In this document: positions 56,301 through 64,000 of the stretch, piece by piece
How positions within the stretch are numbered: the first letter of the stretch is position 1
Layout of the letters: each line of letters opens with the position of its first letter
Assembly (NCBI GenBank): GCA_964016885.1
Contig: OZ024742.1
Span: 158,224,001 to 158,288,000 of the forward strand
Origin: Eledone cirrhosa
Lineage: Eukaryota
DNA: 64,000 bases
Reading direction: 5' to 3'
The notes under the pieces: generated by a model
What the model was told of the DNA's origin: nothing
The model's input: only the letters and a program-made list of their open reading frames with translations
Database searches by the model: none
Made by a program: the position numbers and the translations under genes

Positions 56301-56321
56301 TATTATTATTATTGTTGTTGT

Positions 56322-57568
56322 TATTCCTTGAATCTCAGTCATTGATGTTGGTTAACTGGAAAGTCCGTTGGATTGAATATCAAGCCACTACCTGCAGCCT
56401 CAGATATTCAGGACGTATCGGAGGGTTCTTGCTGTTCCAAGCAAGCATGCCTTTTGAAGCGTTCCAAAAAGCGTGAAGGGGCCGATTTTCTTTAACCATC
56501 CCTGGAAACTTTTGGAGATAGTCCCCAGTGCGCCTATGACAATCGGGATCACTTTGACTTCATGGCAGTTCCAAATCCTTTTCACCTCCCACTTTAGGTC
56601 CTGGTATCGGTTAATTTTCTCCCTCTCCTTCTCTTGCACTCTCGTGTCGAACGGGCAGGCCACATCCACAATCAGACACGTTCTTTTTTCTTTGTCCACA
56701 ACCACCAGGTCAGGTCTATTGTGTTCCAGTTTTTTGTCCGTCTGTATCCTAAAATCCCACAGCACCTTCACCTTATTGTTCTCCATCACCGCCTCTGGCC
56801 TATGCTCATACCATTTCTCAGAATGTGGTAAATTGTTTACTTTGCACAGGTGCCAGTGGATCACCCTGCCCATCACATCGTGTCTCCAGCCCTTATAGTG
56901 GGTCTGGGCTAGGTGTTTACACTCGGACACAATGTGAGCCACAGTCTCCTCACTCTCTCCACAGATCCTGCACAGTGGGCTAGCCTCCTCCTTGTAGATA
57001 TGGTGCTTCAACCACTTCGTTTTGAGGGCCTGCTCCTGCGCAGCCATTAGCATTCCTTCTGTAGCCTTTTTGAGGTCTCCTCTTCTCAACCAGTTCCATG
57101 TCTGTGGATCTCTAAATTCAGTTTTCTCAAAGAAGGTACTATGAAGGGATTTTCCCTTAAGGCTGCTCTTCCTCCTTGATGTTATTTCCTCCTTGGACAT
57201 CCCCTGGCCTACTGTCCCCTCCTTCAGTACAGCTCTGAGCATTGGCTCCTTACTATAGGTCACGTATTTGTATAGGTTGTTTTTCTCCATCTGAACACAG
57301 TCCTCTATGCTGATAAGACCTCTTCCACCCTCAGATCTCCTTAGGTAGAGTCTATCGACATCACTCCTCTTGTGAAACATGTTGTAGATAGTCAATAGCT
57401 TCCTAGTCTTCCTATCCATTTCTTTTTGTTCAGCAACATTCCATCTCAGAACTCCCGCACTGTACCTAATAATAGACACAGCTCGGGAATTTACTGCGCT
57501 TATGGCATTTCTGCTGTTCAGATGTGACTTCAATACGCTCCTTACTCTTCGAATGTATTCAGTTCTAT
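56322..57568 (-). mobile_element. 5'-truncated R4/Dong-like RLE LINE inserted in (TAA)n
   Basis: ORF 56400-57533: RLYLRRSEGGRGL, CRICx4ETVAHIVSEC, RHD, WDFRIQTD...HNRPDLVVVD...DVACP...K...Y. (TAA)n on both sides. Confidence 0.92.
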
Positions 57569-57570
57569 TA

Positions 57571-57628
<58 letters not shown>

Positions 57629-57835
57629 GGCGACCTACTAGTAAATCGTATCATTGTGAGCTCCGCAAAGGTTTGTTATTTCCGTTTGTTAAAAATTGTC
57701 ATTTATGGAAAATTTTATTGTTAACTGTTTATAAGCGCACATACATTGTTTTCCGAAAAGGACACCCAAAAAGAGTGGGGCATTGTGCCCAAAATTTAAA
57801 CTTTTATTATTATCAAAAACTTTCTTTGAAAAAAA

Positions 57836-59854
57836 ATGGCTAATTCACCTCTGCACGAAGCAGCTGAAAGCCTTTCTCACAAATTAAAACCTCACACCGA
57901 CACCACCATTGTAAATGTTACTACGTTTGCCAACACAAAAAAAAATATAAGCACTAGCAATATTTTAAATTTGTCTCAGGCAGACATTCATTTCCCGCCA
58001 TTACCAATGACTGCAGGTGTTAAAGCCTCGACCACAACCACCACCGCGACAACCACCACCACCACCACCACCACCGCGACAACAGAAACAAAAGAAGAAA
58101 AAAATAAATTAACTCGTGATGTCGAAATGAAATCAAGCAAAATGGACTCGTCCCCACCAAAGACGACTGACGTCACCACCACCACAACTGAAACTAAAAT
58201 TAATATTAACACAAATAACGATAGCAACAACAACAACAATGACATTATAAAAACGCCCCTCAGTTTTGCAATAGTAGCAAAACAGTTCGAAGCATATACG
58301 GTAACTCAGGAGGATTTAGAAAATGCCAAACAAATGGTAAAGAAAGATGGGTACAGGGTCAGCCTCACCCCCCCCCCCCCCACACACACACACACCTAAT
58401 AAAATGGAGCATCGGCGCCTATGCACCGTGTCGTATAGAACAATAAATGTAAAATCGCGCCGAGTGGAACGGCCATCCGAGTCCCAAATCCAAAAAGCTT
58501 TGGGACATGTGTGGGCAAGAAAAACCCACATCAGACGTGGGAAAAAGTATGGAACCGTGGACGTGTTCTTTGAAACACCAGAGGCGGCTAGAGAACACTC
58601 CATGGCCCCATTAAGAAGTGACGACTTCACACTCGTCCCAAGCTATTGTGGCCAGAGACTCGTAAAGATCAGGGTGACCCACGTTCCACCGGCCATCGAA
58701 ATTCCCTGGCGAATAGCGGACGTCCTCGCCGGCATCGAAGCCAACACAAAAATAATAGCAATAGCAAAAGAAAAGCAGGAGAACTGGTCCGGATCTGGGA
58801 TGGAGCTCCTGATCCAAGCGGACCAAAAAAGCATTGAGGAGATCCCAGAGGTAATAGACCTCACTGACGACAGCCACCTCACGGTAATTGTCGAGGGCAG
58901 AAGACCTAGGTGTGTCGTTTGTGGTGAAGGAACCCGCCTAAGGGCTTTCTGCCCTCAGGCTAAAAGGTTGAGGCCACCTCTCCTACCCACCCCAGTGACA
59001 CAACCATCAACACCACCAGTAGCAGAGATGGCAGCAACAACTGTATCAGCAACAACAGAAGCAACTATAACAGCAACAACCCCAGCAACAGTAGCAAAAC
59101 CAACACCACCACCACCACCAGCAAAACCAACACCACCACCACCCAATGCTTCAGAACTAGCACCAGCGCCTACACCATCCACCACGCCACAACCAAAACT
59201 AACGCCTGTGGAGGATTTTCCACTCCCCGGCCTATCACAACTGGAGACAGATTGTGACGACGAGGAGTGGGAAACGATATCCGGAAAAAAAAAAAAAGAA
59301 ACCAAAAAAGAAAACATTCTCTTCCTTCCCCCTCCAAAAACAAAATACAGAGGGAAACAAATAAATTAAGAAACAAAAAAGTTAGGACAGATATACCACC
59401 ATCCACACCAGCATCACCAACCCCATCAACCCAAACACCAACACCATCACCATCATTAACCCCAACACCACCATCACCTACACCACAAAAGTCACCAAAA
59501 TGCGAAACAGAAACAAACCCACAACAAACGCAAACAAAACAAAACAACCAAAACGATACACACTACACGGCATTAAATTTGAACAACAAACAATTATTAC
59601 ACTACATCCAACACAACACCAGCATCACAGAAAAAGACTACACAACAACCCCAAAATTCACACCACCTCCACACATACAAATCACTCGCATCACACAGAA
59701 AACGTACATGACACTAAAACAAAAATTCCCCAAAGACATCGGAGACTTCCGACAAGCACTCTCTAGGAGGATTTATAAGGACATCCTTCCTGAGGAGGCC
59801 ACAAGCAGTGAAAAGGATGGAAAAACCGTCCTTCCCCTACGAGAAGTAAGGTAA
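57836..59854 (+). pseudogene. Tx1 ORF1 (gag-like; RRM-like segment, zinc knuckle, Pro/Thr-rich tail)
   Basis: Frameshifts in poly-C and poly-A runs. CVVCGEGT(R/D)LRAFC: codons CGC (B) and GAC (A) give consensus CAC = His, i.e. CX2CX4HX4C. Confidence 0.8.
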
Positions 59855-59888
59855 GTGGTCTTTCCCATCTTTTCCACTCCTTTTCAAC

Positions 59889-62800
59889 ATGACCTCACTC
59901 AGAATAGGCAGCATAAATGCGCGTGGCTTGGGTCGTCATGGAAGCAGGGCCACCTGCTCAACGACCTCAGGTCACTAAACATAGATGTAGTGGCCATCAG
60001 CGAGACCAGAATCTCCGAAGCACAGGCTTTCGCACCGATCTTCGGCGGCTACGATGTGTACGCATCTGCCAGCCGTCCGGGATCGGGGGGGAGGAGTTGC
60101 TGTGCTTTTTCGGAGAGATTTGGATCTTGCCATACGGGCCATCTTCCTGGACCCAGAAGGTAAGTTGGTGGTGCTGGACGTGACCAGCGGAGACGGGCAA
60201 GCTTTCAGGTTAGTGGCCGTCTATGCCCCGACAGGAGCAGGGCGGCCTGATTTCTTCCGGCGTCTGGAGACCTTTCTTGGAACGTCCCACTCTTTAGTGT
60301 TAGTGGGCGACTGGAACGGGATCTTAGATGCACGCTGGGATTGTGTGGGATTAGTGGATAGGGAAGGAGGGTGCAAGAGTCTCACCAACCTGCTCAGACG
60401 TTTTGAACTGTCTCACAGGTACCGAATGGATTTCCCGAATGTACCAATGTGGACTTGGACAAATCGCATAGGGTCATCCAGATCATATCTAGATAGAGTA
60501 TTTTGTAGGGAAATAGATAGGTCTAGCATAGGCTATCCACAATTCAAGATAGTCAGCTACACGGACCACAAATTCGTGATCTGTGTGCTTGACTTAGATA
60601 GGCTTCATAGGCGAGGACCCGGCTACTGGAAGCTAAACGCGTCCTTAACAGCGCGCAAGGCCTACAGAGACCGGATTAGCGAACTAGTTAAGCGGGCGTT
60701 GACGGGGGCCATCGTCAACAACAAGTGGTGGTTCGCTCTGAAAAGAGCAATTAGAATAGAGTCCATTAGGTTTAGTAAGGCTTTAGCAATAGAGAAAAAT
60801 AGAGCATGAGGGAGAATTAGTTAGAAAATTAGATGAGGCGCTTAGCAAAGGCATCGCGACCGACGTGCTTGCGGCGAAATTGGCCCTTGACCAATTCTTC
60901 AATGCAAAGCACGAAGGCTACGTTGTCAGAGCTAGGGTGCGTGCTCTCAGGCACGAGGGGACGAAAGCCGTTCAATGGGCCCGAGTGGCGGAGGCGCGTC
61001 GTGGCAACAAAGCCACGATCCGGTCTTTGGTGGACCACGACGGGCGCATGCTACTCGATCCCGGGCAAATGTGTGAAGCTTTTCAGCGATACTTCGCTCA
61101 ACTGTTCGGGGGCAGTGGCGAGCCGGATCGAGGGATGGACTTTAGTGTCTACCTCGACGGACTGCCGCGGCTTTCGGCCACCGACGCGGAGTGTTGCGAA
61201 AAGCCGATAACAACCGCTGAAGTACGGGATGCAATGACTAGTTGCACAAGTGGTAAATCGCCTGGTTTGGATGGTCTGCCCTATGAACTTTACGTACAAA
61301 TGCCAAACTTTTTCGGAGGCCTCTTGGTGGACGTCTACTGCAACTGGCAACAGAACGGGAGAATTCCCAGCTTTGTGAGCCGAGGAGCGGTGGCGCTGCT
61401 GGGAAAGGATCCGAACAAGGGGGATTACATAGATAATTTTAGGCCCATAACTTTGCTAAACACAGAGTTCAAGATTTTAGCCTAGGTGCTAGCAAAGAGG
61501 TTGGCGCTTGTCGTTGATGGTCTGGTGGGAGAGGCACAGACATGCGCCATTCCCGACAGATCCATCCACGACAACCTCCACCTCATGCGATACATCGTAG
61601 AGAGGGTAGCTAGGGAACCTGGCACGGGTGGGTCTTTGATCAATTTAGATCAGTCGAAAGCTTTCGATAGGGTCGATCATCGTTACCTAAAGGCAGTCCT
61701 AAGGGCGGCTGGCTTTGGGCCCGTCTTCAGAGGCTGGATCGCTGCCATGCACAGCAACATCTGCTCTGTAGTGAGAGTGAACGATCACCTTTCGGAACCG
61801 TTCAACATCATGCGCTCGGAACGCCAAGGATGTCCCCTCTCGTCCCTATTGTACGTATTGACTCTCGAGCCATTACTGCACAAACTGGAGACGTTGAGGG
61901 GGATCCCGCGCGAACTAGGATGCGGAAGATCCGTGTCAGCATATGCCGACGATGTCACCGTAGTGGTGTCGAACGCCAAACACATCGAGGCGATCGGCAC
62001 TACACTAAGAGAATACGAAGCGGTGACAGGAGCAATGATCAACCAGGAAAAGTCAGTGGACCTGCAGCTCGGCACCTGGAGAGGCAGGTCCATGCCGACC
62101 AACAGCGTTGTCGGGCGCTGAACAGACGGACCGGATAAATTGCTAGGGGTCTGGTTCGGTCCAGACCTCCAGAAGGACAAAAACTGGGACGAGGTGACGA
62201 GCAGGGTGGCTTCTCTCACCCAGAAATGGGCCGAGAGGAAGCTATCCCTGAAAGGTCGAGCGGAGGTGGCTAACGCGTACATCGCGTCCGTCATCTACTA
62301 CCTCCTGACCGTCGTACCTTGTCCTAAGCCCCGCCTGACTGCGCTGGAGCGTTTGCTCTTTCGCTTCTTGTGGAAGGGACGCGCTCCGATGGTCAGGCGG
62401 TCCATCTGCTGTCAACACCCGCTACGTGGAGGGCTTGGCATGCCGTGGCTGATGATGCGCAGACACGCGCTCAGGCTACGACATCTCCACCTCTTCCTCG
62501 ACGGTGATCAGGTGTGGTCGCCGTTTGCTAGACACGTTTTTCCCCAGCTCGTCTCCTTGACGGAGCTGCAGTCCTGGGTCAAGCGAAGACCGAGAGGGAG
62601 CGCTTGGAGACTGGAATGTCTTCAGGCGCTCACAGCCCTCGACCAATCGGGCAATGTGATAGGTCGAAACTCCACCTTTGCGTTCTATAGGAGATTAGTG
62701 GAGGGTAAGAGCGACGACGTACTTGGAGAAACTCTAGGCGTCGACGAAAATCAACTAGCCAATCTCTTCGGAAGGACTTTCGGGCCGGGGCCTATGGACA

Positions 62801-63309
62801 ACTTCCAGAAATCCCTGGCCTGGCAGTGCTACCGGGGTGCTTTGCCAGTTCGGGATAAACTTTACAGGCATGGAGGTGCCCTCAGCCGGGCATGTCCGAG
62901 ATGCGCACAGGGCGACGAAACCGTCCTGCACGCACTCGTCCAGTGTCCGAGCATTGCTGACTTGTGGGTTTATGTCGAACACCTGCTGTCACGTGTAGGA
63001 CGGATCCAGCTATCAGCTGAGTCCATCGTGAGGATTGCCCCGCCCTCTTCCTTTAGCCGGGAAGGGCAGGCAGTTTTTATCTGTCTGGTGGCCATGGCGA
63101 AAGAGATAGTATGGTGGACACGTTTGAAAGGGCTGAAGACGAGCACTTACCCCTTCGGTGATGCCCTGATTAACTTTTTCAAATTTCATCTGAAAAGGAA
63201 AATCAGGGTAGAGAGGGAAGTGCTCTCTTCCCAGCATTTTGTTGAAAGATGGGTGAGAGAAGCAAGTATGGCCCGAATGATTGGGCCTTCTCTGAGTATG
63301 TGTCTGTAA
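59889..63309 (+). pseudogene. Tx1 ORF2: APE endonuclease, RT, C-terminal zinc finger
   Basis: GDWNG, YLDRV, TDH, GPGYWKLNASL, KSPGLDGLPYELY, NFRPITLLN, LDQSKAFDRV, QGCPLS, YADD, CPRC...ETVLHALVQC; several stops and frameshifts. Confidence 0.93.
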
Positions 63310-63552
63310 ATTAAAGGTGGAAAACTGGGAGAGGGCGCTTGCCCTTGTGGTCAGGGCCACTGTGGTCTTTTAATGGGCTTTCTCCACAAATGTCCCTCGG
63401 AAGTCTCCCCCTATTGGGGAATTTTTCTTTGTTATTTTATTTCATCCTCTGTTTTTTTTTACACGCAGAAATGCCCATTTGTACCGTCCTGTATTGTCCT
63501 GTACTGTCCTTAATGTCTACTTTATGTAAACCCTTGTGGTTAATAAAGAAAA

Positions 63553-63595
<43 letters not shown>

Positions 63596-63601
63596 GTTAT
63601 A

Positions 63602-63795
63602 AGGGCGGTGGATTGGCAGTATCGGTAGAGGGTTTGACGCCATGCCTTCCAGCATAGTTACGTCCCTTTATGATCTGAGTTCAAATCCCGCCGAGGTTGA
63701 CTTTGCCTTTCATCCTTACGGGGTCGATAAAATAAAGTACCAGTAATGCACTGGGTAATTGCTGGCCTTGTGCCTAAAGTAGAAACAATTATTAT
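63602..63795 (+). mobile_element. Young full-length SINE in the (TTA)n tail of Tx1 copy B
   Basis: Near-identical to 9266-9455. Confidence 0.9.
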
Positions 63796-63807
63796 TGTTA
63801 TTATTAT

Positions 63808-63983
63808 TGTTCTTTGAGTCGCAGTCATTGATGTTATTTAACTGGAAAGTTAGTTGAAATGAATATCAAGCCACTACCTGCAGCCTCAGATATTCAAGAC
63901 GTATCTGAGGGTTCTTGCTGTTCCCAGCAAGCATGCCTTTTGAAGTGTTCCAAAAAGTGAAACACAATAGACCTGACCAGGAC
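63808..63983 (-). mobile_element. Second Dong-like LINE 3' fragment with short inverted piece
   Basis: 63808-63957 aligns to 56322-56472; 63958-63980 is the reverse complement of ~56705-56728. Confidence 0.85.
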
Positions 63984-64000
63984 TTCATACTTGAGCTCAA

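Larger units (their letters stand above)
57628..63556 (+). mobile_element. Tx1-clade LINE, copy B (full-length, inactive)
   Basis: Begins GGCGACCTAC after (TTA)n and ends AATAAAGAAAAC(ATT)n; colinear with copy A. Confidence 0.93.

Overview
AT-rich eukaryotic non-genic DNA, most likely octopus (inferred from the SINE families and the very high (TA)n/(CA)n/(TTA)n load). I found no convincing host protein-coding exon; nearly all ORFs in the track are microsatellite or satellite artefacts, or retroelement remnants. Contents: a near-full-length RTE LINE (20.4-23.7 kb); three Penelope-like element (PLE) coding remnants of probable Naiad type (25.7-26.1, 30.6-34.55, 35.0-37.85 kb); two Tx1-clade LINE copies and R4/Dong-like RLE LINEs stacked in (TTA)n tracts (50.4-64 kb); many tRNA-derived SINEs; two MITEs; and a ~6.9 kb 35-bp satellite. 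The main hidden signal is RNA structure. About ten sequence-distinct families of type I hammerhead ribozymes (CUGANGA...GAAA...UH), roughly 20 copies folded by eye, sit in short non-coding modules inserted in (TA)n tracts, often as fold-backs. One is a ~430-bp tandem and inverted array with one dimer-type minimal hammerhead per unit (37.95-40.2 kb), a candidate cephalopod retrozyme/circular-RNA system. No ribozyme activity or expression is shown; all folds need computational and experimental checks.
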